DNA from: Octopus vulgaris
Taxonomy: Eukaryota
Reading direction: 5' to 3'
NCBI GenBank assembly: GCA_951406725.2
Contig: OX597822.1
Location: forward strand, 100,750,001 to 100,814,000
DNA length: 64,000 bases
Shown here: piece after piece, positions 54,062-64,000 of the stretch
How the letters are laid out: every line of letters starts with the position of its first letter
Position numbering within the stretch: position 1 is the stretch's first letter
Position numbers and translations under genes: made by a program
The notes under the pieces: model-generated
Seen by the model: the letters and a program-made list of their open reading frames with translations, nothing else
The model's database searches: none
What the model was told of the DNA's origin: nothing

Positions 54062-54389
54062 CAGACCAACACGAATTACATTGTGGGCCACTTAAATCAT
54101 AGAAAGTTTTTTGAGGGCCACTTGTATACTTAATGCACTAATAGTCAAATAACCAAATTACAGAATAATGAATGCTATTATTACAATAATAATTGTTGCT
54201 TCAACATGAAATATTATTGTTGCAAAGACAGTAGTATTTTTTTCCCCTTTTCACTACAATCTTTAATTTCTGATAAAACTTTAAAAATGTTTGTTTAAAT
54301 AAACCCATTTCAAGAAAATATCAAGCAGGCTGCAAGATAAAAGTCTGCAGGCCACATACAGCCCACAGGCATCAGGTTGGCCAACCCTG
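54062..54389. mobile_element. hAT (Charlie-type) MITE
   Basis: Right end GGTTGGCCAACCCTG, decayed left end CAGACCAAC; 8-bp TSD TCTTAGAC (54054-54061) and TCCTAGAC (54390-54397). Confidence 0.75.
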
Positions 54390-54399
54390 TCCTAGACAA

Positions 54400-54881
54400 T
54401 GTTTGTGTGTGTGACGGGGTTCACCCAGGGAGGGTTGAGCCGCCTTCTTCTCTGGTCCTAACGGCCCACGCTCAACGGTCCTGTGCGAGGTCACTGGAGA
54501 TAGCGAGCCATTCGCGGTTCCATCTGTGCAGACCGACCACCTGCGGACCTGTGAGTTCGGAGAGGTCCTCCTTTATCGTCATTGCCCAGGTCTTCAGCTG
54601 CCCGCCCGCCCGTGCGTTTGCGCCAGCTGGGAAGTGGAGGTGGGAGAAGGACATCGCGAATCAGCTCACCCTCTGGATGCTGGGCTGCATGACTGAACCA
54701 CCTTAAGTGCCATTGTAGAAGCACCGAAGGGAGGGGCCAGAGATTCAGGCCAAGATGAAGACCGGCTGTAGGAATCCGACCAATGCATTGGCAGTGAAGA
54801 ATGCGGCAGAGACAGTCATTGTCGAACACCTCCAGCCTTCCGCTAATCAACTACCCTCATAGGCTATGTTTCACAACCATG
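54400..54881 (-). mobile_element. RTE-clade LINE 3' fragment (reverse transcriptase C-terminal region), frameshifted
   Basis: HGCET*PMRVVD*R/LEVFDNDCLCRIL...LRWFSHAAQHPEGELIRDVLLPPPLPSWRKR/GGQLKTWAMTIKEDL...DLAQDR*AW; GC-rich; ends in a CA-rich tail. Confidence 0.9.
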
Positions 54882-57128
54882 TCTGTTTCTATGCTAGTGA
54901 AACAGACACAGTTTAAATGAACGCTGAGAGGGCAATGGTTGAAGCACCTTTGCTCATACATAAATCCTCTAGCACAGAATGACTCAGAGATAAACAGACA
55001 AGTGTACATTCCATCCACAAATTATCACTAAAAGAATTTAGATTTAATTAATGTTTCACTATTTTTATTTGTATATAATTTTCTCTGCTTCTTTAGGTCA
55101 GATGATACTGGAAGTTCAGATATTTGGCGTATAAATTGTTTAAGCAAGAAGGTTGGCTATATTCATTTTCATACATTTTCAGTTCAATTCAGACAAGTTG
55201 TAACAAGATTTGAATTCATGATTTTCACTTTGCTGATCATGTCTGGTTGAGTATTGTAAACAGGTCTGCAGCTCGCAATAATGCATTGATTGTCAAAGCA
55301 TTTTTATCCTGTCTGTTAAGGACTTTATGAAGATGTACATGAGAGAGAGAGAGAGAGAGAGTTTCTATGTTGGGTGTAGTTTCAACACAAGTGTTTCTAT
55401 TCTGGTGTACACAGTATATTTGTTATCCAAGAAAGGGATGGGATTTCTGGTAGTCAAATATATCTTTAAAAAAAAATATCACAGTAAAAATAGCTATATT
55501 TTTTGATATGCAAATTAGGACGTCAAGTACATGAATAACAAAGTGTAATAGATTTCCTTGACAATTAATACTTATGGATGTGTTACATTTAGTACTAGCT
55601 ATACTAATACTACTAGAGGAAGACATGATTTCAAGTGCTAAGGAAATCCATTTTCATATCACAATGGTGTAGTGCTTATCTATTTTTAGTTTTATAGTTT
55701 TATGCAATGAGAAAAAAATACTACCGCAGATGGGGCACTGGTCTATCATCATCATCATCATCATAATCATCGTTTAACATCCGTTTTTCCGCGCTAGCAC
55801 GGGTTGGACGGTTCGACCGGGGTCTGGGAAGCCAGGGGCTGCTCCAGGCTCCAGTCTGATCTGGCAGAGTTTCTACGGCTGGATGCCCTTCCTAACGCCA
55901 ACCACTCTGCGAGTGTAGTGGGTGCTTTTTACGTGCCACCTGCACAGGTGCCAGGGGGGGGGGGTCCAGCATCGGCCACGATCGGTTGGAGCTTTTAATG
56001 TGCCAGCAGCACGGAAGCCAGCCAAGGCGGCGCTGGCAACGGCAATCATAGATAGCTTTTCCCACAGGAGAGAAGTGTTTGTTTGATGAACTCAGCTATG
56101 CAGATTAATGATTCACTTGTCAAATGCTTTTAATATCAAGTCGTTCCTTCACTGTGGTACCTAGTTATAGCTAGGTAGACTGGGCCATTTGAGAGTTTAG
56201 TCTCTTGGGTCATGACTTCAATATAGTAGTGAGGACATGATATAAGCCCCCAAACTTCTCAACTGGTTGTCGTGATACCTTGACCGTGAGTCTGCTGCTC
56301 TAACCATATGTAAGTATACAGAAATGTATACTGACATATATATAGACACAAATACATGAAAAAGAACATTACACATACACAAGAAATGAAACATATATCC
56401 ATAATGGAAATATCAAATTGAAAAAAGTACTGGGAGCAATGTGACTAAGTAAACTCTTCAAAACAGTGACCCACTATGGCCACAATTCAATGAATGAAAC
56501 CAGTAAAAGAATAAAAGGATACGCATACATTTTTAAAAAAAAAAGGGACAAGTGATTTCTAATTTAGGCACAAGACCAGCAGTTTAAAGGAAAGGAGTAA
56601 ATTGATACCTATTTCTTTACTACCCACAAGGGGCTACACACAGAGGGGACAAACAAGGACAGACAAACGGAATAGTCGATTATATCGACCCCAGTACGTA
56701 ACTGGTACTTATTTAATTGACCCCAAAAGGATGAAAGGCAGAGTTGACCTCGGTGGAATTTGAACTAAGAACGTAAAGACAGATGAAATACCGCTAAGCA
56801 TTTCGTCTAACGATTCTGCCAGCTCGCCACCTTGTAAATTGATACCATCAACCCTAGCACTTGATTCCTACTTTACTTTATTGACCATAGAGGGATGAAA
56901 GGTGGAGTTAGGTAAAGTTGACCTCACTAGGAATTAATCTCAGAAAATAAAGGGCCAGATCAAATACAGCAAGGCATTTTCTTCAATTTCTCTAACAATT
57001 TCCATTTTTTGAAAAAAATGTAATGGTTAAAAAGAAATTATATATAAAAGCATGTAAACATTACAAAAATGCTATCTTTAAGATAACATGTTAGCACTGG
57101 TTTCATCACTATAAATAGATATGCTTAC

Positions 57129-57202
57129 ACAAACAGACCCTGTGCTTGTTATCTACATATATAGGTTGGGTGTATAGACAAACAGCTGAAGAAATCAGAT
57201 AC
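57129..57202 (-). other. candidate 74-nt exon
   Basis: Long pyrimidine tract ending CCTACAG and donor GTAAGC on the minus strand; only one frame open; no recognisable homology. Confidence 0.25.
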
Positions 57203-58807
57203 CTGTAGGTAATAATGGAAAGAAGTAAGCCAGCAAGAAAATAAAAGAAAAAGGTTGCTGCCATACTTGCAGTCATTAGAACAAGTTGTACAAGATAACT
57301 CCCAATCAAAATCAGGTAAAATTCCATATGTTTATACATATACATTCTCAGTAATAGAGATAATGAGATGAATTTTAGAAATATGAGAAAACAAAGATGT
57401 TACCTTAACAATCAGGAAATGTTCAAATATAAGATATACCCATGAAGATTAAACATTCCAATATCATATGGGCCTCCCAGTTGAAGAATCAAGAGTCCTA
57501 AATGGCACCATTGATGCCCTGTTCTGGGATAAATGCAGCAAAGAAACTTGTTACATTTAGCAGGCAGAAGTATGTGAGTGAGTAACTGACTGACTTGGGT
57601 GGTGGAGTACCAAACTGAGATACAAGATGGAATGGTAGGATGTTTGTGGAAACCAGTTCTAGCTCTTACAAGAGGATAAAATAAAAATAACTTTTCTTTT
57701 TGTTTCTAACTTACTTTGGCTTCTCATCACCTACTGTATACAGTCGCTCTCACTCAGTCAAGAGGTCTGGTAAGTTACTCGGTGACCACACTAAAATTTG
57801 TGTTATGCAAAATTCACCAAAAAAAAAAAAAAAAAAAAAAAAAAACTGTAAAGTGGTTGGCACGAAGGATATTCAACTCTAGAAATCATGCCAAAGTAAG
57901 TTTGGCAATTGACGCAGTCCTCTAGTTTGCCAGATTCTGTTGACCTTCCAACCTACACCATCTTAGATAATGTAGTCCCTGATACATAAAAAGATTGAAA
58001 TACATTTATCAAGAAGTTAGTTCTAATCTTTTTGTTATGATATGTCTGTGGTAATACAGTGCCTCTGATTCAATTAATTTTGAAAACTATGAAGGATTTA
58101 ATAAAATAACTTTGTCATTATTAAGCTAGAGTTTGGAACGTAACATGAAATTTGGATGGAAGTTTTTAATTTAGGTCTCGTTAAAACAAGAAGTTTGTAC
58201 CATTGAACCAGGTAGAGTCTCAAATGAGTTGGTATCAAAAAGGGGCTAATCAGGGCTGATGTGTGAGGAGTGAACAGCATCACAAGTGTTATCTGGAAGG
58301 GGCACTATCTCTCTGAATCTGCTGAATGATAAAAACTGGCAGAGGGTGTCTGTATTCTGCCAAAATCATTTGTAGTTCCATGTGTTGGACACAAAGTCAA
58401 ACAGGGAGAAATTTTTTTCTGAGTCAAAAACATGGCATAGGAGTGGCTGTGCGGTAAGTAGCTTGTTTACCAACCACATGGTTCCGGGTTCAGTCCCACT
58501 GCGTGACACCTTGGGCAAGTGTCTTCTACTATAGCCTCGGGCTGACCAAAGTCTTGTGAGTGAATCTGGTAGACGGAAACTGAAAGAAGCCCGTCGTATA
58601 TATGTATATATATATATATATATATATAAATAATAAATATTAGGGAATAAATTCAAATTTACAGGGAAAAAATCAGATTTAGGATTAAATCCAATTTTAT
58701 AGTAAAATATTATAAAATATTATTAGAGACAAAACCACTATTTTGCAAAACAAACAAGGAAAGACTTAATCAATACATAAAATTTTAATAAATAGTCAAA
58801 AAAACCG

Positions 58808-58850
58808 CCACTACAATTGTTTCTTGTCTTGATTGACAATCTTCAGGTGG
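58808..58850 (-). ncRNA. minimal type I hammerhead ribozyme
   Basis: CCAC CUGAAGA UUGUC aaucaa GACAA GAA ACAAUUGU A GUGG: canonical core, GUA cleavage triplet. Confidence 0.85.
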
Positions 58851-58890
58851 ACTTCCAATAAGTCAGTTTCAAATTATGAATATTGGAAGT

Positions 58891-58933
58891 CCACCTGAAG
58901 ATTGTCGATCAAGACAAGAAACAATTGTAGTGG
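58891..58933 (+). ncRNA. minimal type I hammerhead ribozyme
   Basis: CCAC CUGAAGA UUGUC gaucaa GACAA GAA ACAAUUGU A GUGG: canonical core, palindromic stem III, predicted cleavage after A58929. Confidence 0.85.
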
Positions 58934-59020
58934 CGGTTTTTTTGACTATTTATTAAAATTTTATGTATTGATTAAGTCTTTCCTTGTTTGTTTTGCAAAA
59001 TAGTGGTTTTGTCTCTAATA

Positions 59021-59059
<39 letters not shown>

Positions 59060-59949
59060 TGTGTGTATATGTTTGTGTGTCTGTGTTTGTCCCCCTAGCA
59101 TTGCTTGACAACCGATGCTGGTGTGTTTATGTCCCCGTAACTTAGCGGTTCGGCAAAAGGGACCGATAGAATAAGTACTGGGCTTACAAAAGAATAAGTC
59201 CCGGGGTCAAGTTGCTCGACTAAAAGGTGATGCTCCAGCATGGCTGCAGTCAAATGACTGAAACAAGTAAAAGAGTAAAAGAGAATATGGAGACAGTATT
59301 ATTTGGATATTAAGACATGTTATTAAGAAAGTTGTAAAATAAATGAAAAAAAAAAGAAAGGCTGTTACTCTTAGTTTATAAAATAAGTTAGATTGACTAT
59401 CTTTTATCTTTTACTGGTTTCAGTCAGTGGATAGTGGCCATGCTGGGGCACTACTTTAAAGGATTTAGTGGAATAAATCAATCCCAGTATTTTTTTCTGC
59501 TCAAGTCTGTTACTTATCATCCTTTGGTTTCTTGCCAAACTGCTTAATCACATAGGCTTACACACAGCTTCCATCCACAACTCTCAGTTCACTCACAAGG
59601 CAGTGGTCAGTCCAGGACTATAGTAGAAAGATGCCTCCTCAAGGTGCTGTGCAGTGGGACTGAACCCAAAATCCATGTGGTTGAAAAGTAAGCTTCTTAA
59701 TGACACAGTCAACCACAAGTTTTTTGATCAAGATCTTTGATTGTTCTTCCCTCTCCGTTTTTACTCATTTTAAAAAAAAATCCAGAACAGAATAGGACAG
59801 AGATTTATTTTTCTCAGACAATAAATACTTTACATTGTTAAAATCTATAGCATTTGTTTGTGAGAAGTGTGAGATAGCATGCAAAAGATTGTTAGATAAA
59901 ACAAAATACATACATCACTTCATTGGCTCAACAAACATCATAAAAATGT

Positions 59950-60330
59950 AAAGTTTAAGGTTTTAAAACTAACACAAAACAAATTCAGCTTTTTGAATCT
60001 ATTTAACTAACTCAGGATTTTAAAAGCAATTAACACAAACAAATTTAGGATTTTAAAAGTAATGAACACAAATTTAGCTATTTAAAGCTAATTAATTTAG
60101 GATTTTAAAATTAACACAAATTTAGGACAGAGTAATTAATTCAAATTTAGCTTTTTAAAGTTAATTAACTAATTTAAGATTTTAAAAGTAATTAACAAAC
60201 AAATTAGGATTTTAAAAGTTATTAACACAAGCTTAGGATTACGTAAAAAGTAAAAAATCAACACAGATTTAGTTTATTAAAGTGAATTAAATAATTTAGG
60301 ATTTTAAAACTAATTGACTCAACAAATTTA
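59950..60330. repeat. degenerate AT-rich minisatellite, about 30-bp period
   Basis: Recurrent AACACAAATTTAGGATTTTAAAAGTAATT, roughly a dozen units. Confidence 0.8.
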
Positions 60331-60950
60331 AACATGATAAAAAATTGTTATATAATTGATAAAATTCTTGGTACATGTCCTCAGACTACACCCAAACACT
60401 CTGAAATGCTCATATTGGAGCTTCCAAAACGAATGCCAAGCAGTATAGCATGTTTCCAAATCTCTAGCAGAGTGAATTGTGTCATTGATTGATTGATTCT
60501 AGTTTCAGCTTATGAGCTGTGGCCATGCTGGGGCACCGCCATTTATGGTGCAATTTTTAATTTAGGTCACTTTGCTCAGAAAAATATTACTTCAAAAAGT
60601 TTTATGCTTTTAAAACTAATTAACGCAAAAAGATTTAAACATATACATGGGATTATATAATTTATAATCTTTTCTTAAATGACAGAAAACTGCTGTTCCT
60701 TTTGACCAATAAAAAATGAACTTAGATATGCAAGTTAAATGAAAGGACTCCGGCCATAGATTCATAAATTGAAACCATTTTGTAGACTTGATTCCCATGG
60801 AAGCTAACTTATAAGCAAAACACATTACCCATTATTTTCTCTACTCCGTACACACTTCAACAAATTCTCTCCAACCTATGCAAGTATGAAAAATTGAACA
60901 TTAAATGACAATAGTGATTATATATATATATATATATATATATCTTTAGC

Positions 60951-61250
60951 GGAGGCGCAATGGCCCAGTGGTTAGGGCAGCAGATTCGCGTCCGTAGGAT
61001 CACGGTTTCGATTCCCAGACCGGGCGTTGTGAGTGTTTATTGAGCGAAAACACCTAATTCTCCACGAGGCTCCGGCAGGAGATGGTGGCGATCCCTGCTG
61101 TACTCTTTCGCCACAACTTTCTCTCACTCTTTCTTCTGTTGGCCTGCTCGCTTAGCCAGTGGGGTGGCGTCATTTGAAGGCTAAAACAATGCGAAGCGCA
61201 TTGTGACCAGCGATGTGTAACAACATCTGATAGCCTGGTTGGTCACGGTG
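60951..61250 (+). mobile_element. SINE family C head with tail type 3
   Basis: C-type head; tail GGCCTGCTCGCTTAGCCAG...GCGCATTGTGACCAGCGATG...GGTCACGGTG; TSD ATATATCTTTAGC. Confidence 0.85.
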
Positions 61251-63636
61251 ATATATCTTTAGCAGTCTTCCACATGATTTCTATCTTCCAAATACTATTC
61301 TCAAAGCATTGGCCAGAATGAGATTAGGGCAAAAGATACTTGTTCAAAGTGCCTTGCACTGAACTGACCGGGGCTTTGAAGGTCTCACTTGCATCTATGT
61401 TAGAAATAAAGATGAAAACTACATACTGTCACACATTTAATCTGACGGACTCCATCAGCCAGAAACACCTCATAATAATTTGTCACCGAGTGCCTATGTT
61501 AGAAATCAATCATATTCTATTCAGTGTTTGGTTAAAAGTAAAAATAAATGAGTACTAGGAGGGTACAAAGGCCATGGTCAATCAACTATACCCTTCACCT
61601 TTACAAAATAAATGTCTTTGTGCTAATCTTTTACTTGTTTCAGTCAGCTAACTGTGGCCATGCTGGGGCATAGCCTTGAAAGATTCTATCAAACAAATCA
61701 ACCCCTATTTTTAAAATTTGGTGCATATTCTGCCAGATTCTTTTGCCAAGCTGCTTCTGTTATGGGGGACATAAACAAACTAACACCAGTTGTCAGGTGG
61801 TGTGGACCACACTCACACATAATTGGCTTCTACACAGTTTATGTTAACCAAATTCACTCACAAATCATTGGCAGGCCTAGGGCAGTTGTAGAAGACACTT
61901 GCTCAAGGTGTTGCACAATGGGACCACATGATTGCAAATCAAGCTTTTTAACCACACAGACATGCCCATTCCTGTAGCTAATGTAAGAAATTGTTACTTG
62001 ATATAACCCTTAACCATTTATTGTTCCTCTTGCTAGCTTTCTTAGTACATCATGAACTAATTTCATCTGCTCCTCTTGTCTGCTTTCTTAGTCTATCGTG
62101 AACTGATTTCATCAACTAATTTGGAAAATACATTTAACCTTTATGATACCAACGTGTCTGAGACCATTCCTCCTTCTACGATACAAACTTTCTGTTATAA
62201 AGTGATTTAAATTAAAACCTTCCATCAAAACTGAATGTTAATTCATTTTCCTTACACTAGTTTAATACTGATAGTTATCTTACTGAATTCTTCATTATCT
62301 TCAAAACTAATTGAAACCAAAGCAATGATTTCAATGGAAATGTGGTAATGAATGGGTTAACAGGAACAAAGTTAACAGGAAAATTTTATTAAAGCCTATA
62401 TTATTTGTTAGAATTTCAAAATCTGGAAATAGTTACTTCTGCATGAAGATAAAAGTTTCTTTTCTTTAACATGAAACAATATGAAACTGATATGCATTAT
62501 ACAAAAAAAAGTTATAATACTATTATAAATATTACCTGAGAAAGAATGATATAAAGTATCTGTGTTGAACATCAATGAACAATTGTGTTGGTTATTAGAA
62601 AAATTAATATGTAGATTTTAGTTGAAAGCAAAAGCAGTGCTTGAAAAAGAAATTAAGTTTTTAGTGAGAGTATAGTGGGGAAAAGTATCTGGTTCAAAGC
62701 TTTGGGAGTGAAGTCTTAGTGAAGAGGCCGCGCAATTGAACAAAAAAACTTTAGTTTTTATGAATGCATGCCCAGGAGTCATATCATTGAAAAAATAATT
62801 GTAAATATAAAGCAATTGATCCTGGAATTTTTTTTTTTTTTATCAGACAGAGAGCATGTTTGGGATTACATACCGGCACTTCAGTTCTTTTATTAATTAT
62901 CTGAAAGAATAAATATATTACATGCAAATATTTTTACAGTTGGTAACCAAGACGCAGATAACTAAAGAGAACTCTTTGCTGGTACAGAAGAAATTAATGT
63001 GACCAATATACAAATGTGAATGTAGGCCACTATTAGCAGTGCCCTTATAAATAACCCCTTTCAAAGATTTTACAGCAGTCTTTTATAATCAGACTTAAAA
63101 CAACACAAATTTTTATTTTTTATTTTATTTGTAGGCATGATTGTGGCTGTGTGGCCAAAAAGTTTACTTCCTAATCGCATAATTACAGGTTCAGTCCCAC
63201 TGTTTGGCACTTAGAGTAAGTGCCTTCTACTAGAATCATGAGACGACCAAATCCTTGTGAATGGAAACTGAAAGAAGCCCATTGTATATGTATATGTGTG
63301 TATTTCAATATTTTGCTAAAACATGTCTGATGATGAAAAAATAAGTGATGAGTGGAATCAAGTGAGGGTTGGCAGCAGGAAGAGCATCAGGCCATAGAAA
63401 AATCTGCCTTAACATCATCCAACCTATGCAAACATGGAAAAGTGGATATCAAAATAATGATAAGATTCTAAAATTCTGACCAAGTAGTTAATTGAGAATT
63501 TTAGTCAATTTCCCAATCAAATTTTGGTTTCATGCTCTCGATCTGACAATATTTCAAAATCTTAAAACCTTCCTAGTAGCAACTTAGGTAAAAAATGCTG
63601 GATTAAGCAATTTATTTAAGATTACTTAGACTAGTG

Positions 63637-63706
63637 CAGGCATGGGCAACCTTTAATGAGAATTGGGCTGCATGAGACAGAGCTCATTATAAAGTGGGCT
63701 GCATTA
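63637..63706 (+). mobile_element. hAT-type MITE left end, truncated
   Basis: GACTAGTG|CAGGCATGGGCAACC terminus. Confidence 0.45.
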
Positions 63707-64000
63707 CTGAAAATATTGATTTCAAATTTTGGCACATGGCCAGCAAGTTCGTGGGTGGGGGAGGTCAATTACATTGTACTAAGAGCTTAACTGGTACTTA
63801 TTTTATCAACCCCAAAAGGATGCAAAGCGAAGTTGATGTTGGTGAATTTGAACTCAGAAAGTAAAGATGGACAAAATGCCGCTAAGCATCTATCTGGCAT
63901 GCTTATGATTCTGCCAGCTCATTGCTTTTACATTCCTTAAAAATATTGGCTTCAAATTTTGGCACAGGGCCAACAGGTTTGAGGATGGGGCTAAGTCAAT

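Larger units (their letters stand above)
58626..59030 (-). mobile_element. Penelope-like inverted pseudo-LTR pair
   Basis: 150-bp near-perfect inverted repeat (58711-58860 / 58881-59030) with a 20-bp spacer; left arm extended to 58626; inserted in (TA)n; one hammerhead per arm. Confidence 0.8.
58434..59283 (+). mobile_element. SINE family A interrupted in its (TA)n tract by a Penelope-like element
   Basis: Head 58434-58596; 3' half resumes at about 59057. Confidence 0.9.

Noticed and set aside
59950-60330. CRISPR-like array
   Set aside because: Eukaryotic context, degenerate head-to-tail units without unique spacers, no cas genes; it is a minisatellite
1-64000. Six-frame ORFs of 60-153 aa as protein-coding genes
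   Set aside because: They recur as near-identical peptides inside SINE copies (e.g. MDGSTGVWEAR..., MTTDAGVFTSP...), are HT/YI/CV microsatellite translations, or show no recognisable homology; only the RTE-derived frames at 54472-54850 are protein-derived

Overview
AT-rich, microsatellite-dense eukaryotic DNA, not prokaryotic. The SINE repertoire looks like an Octopus (coleoid cephalopod) genome; this is recognition from memory, not a database result. No intact protein-coding gene is identifiable, so the window reads as a very long intron or intergenic region. Nearly all ORFs in the track are open frames inside SINEs or microsatellites. The window holds dozens of tRNA-derived SINE copies from at least 5 modular families, two 3' fragments of RTE-type LINEs, decayed mariner, Tc1 and hAT (Buster/GTF2IRD2-like) transposase remnants, piggyBac-, pogo-, mariner- and hAT-type MITEs, non-autonomous Helitrons and several local duplications. 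The most notable signal is small Penelope-like inverted-repeat elements carrying minimal type I hammerhead ribozymes with palindromic stem III. One has a canonical core (58.8-58.9 kb). A second family (48.4 kb and 53.2-53.4 kb) has a core reading GUGAACA-G, i.e. a natural C3-G8 to G3-C8 swap plus an extra G after A9. Also notable are 95-bp and 217-bp target-site duplications around an RTE fragment and a SINE.
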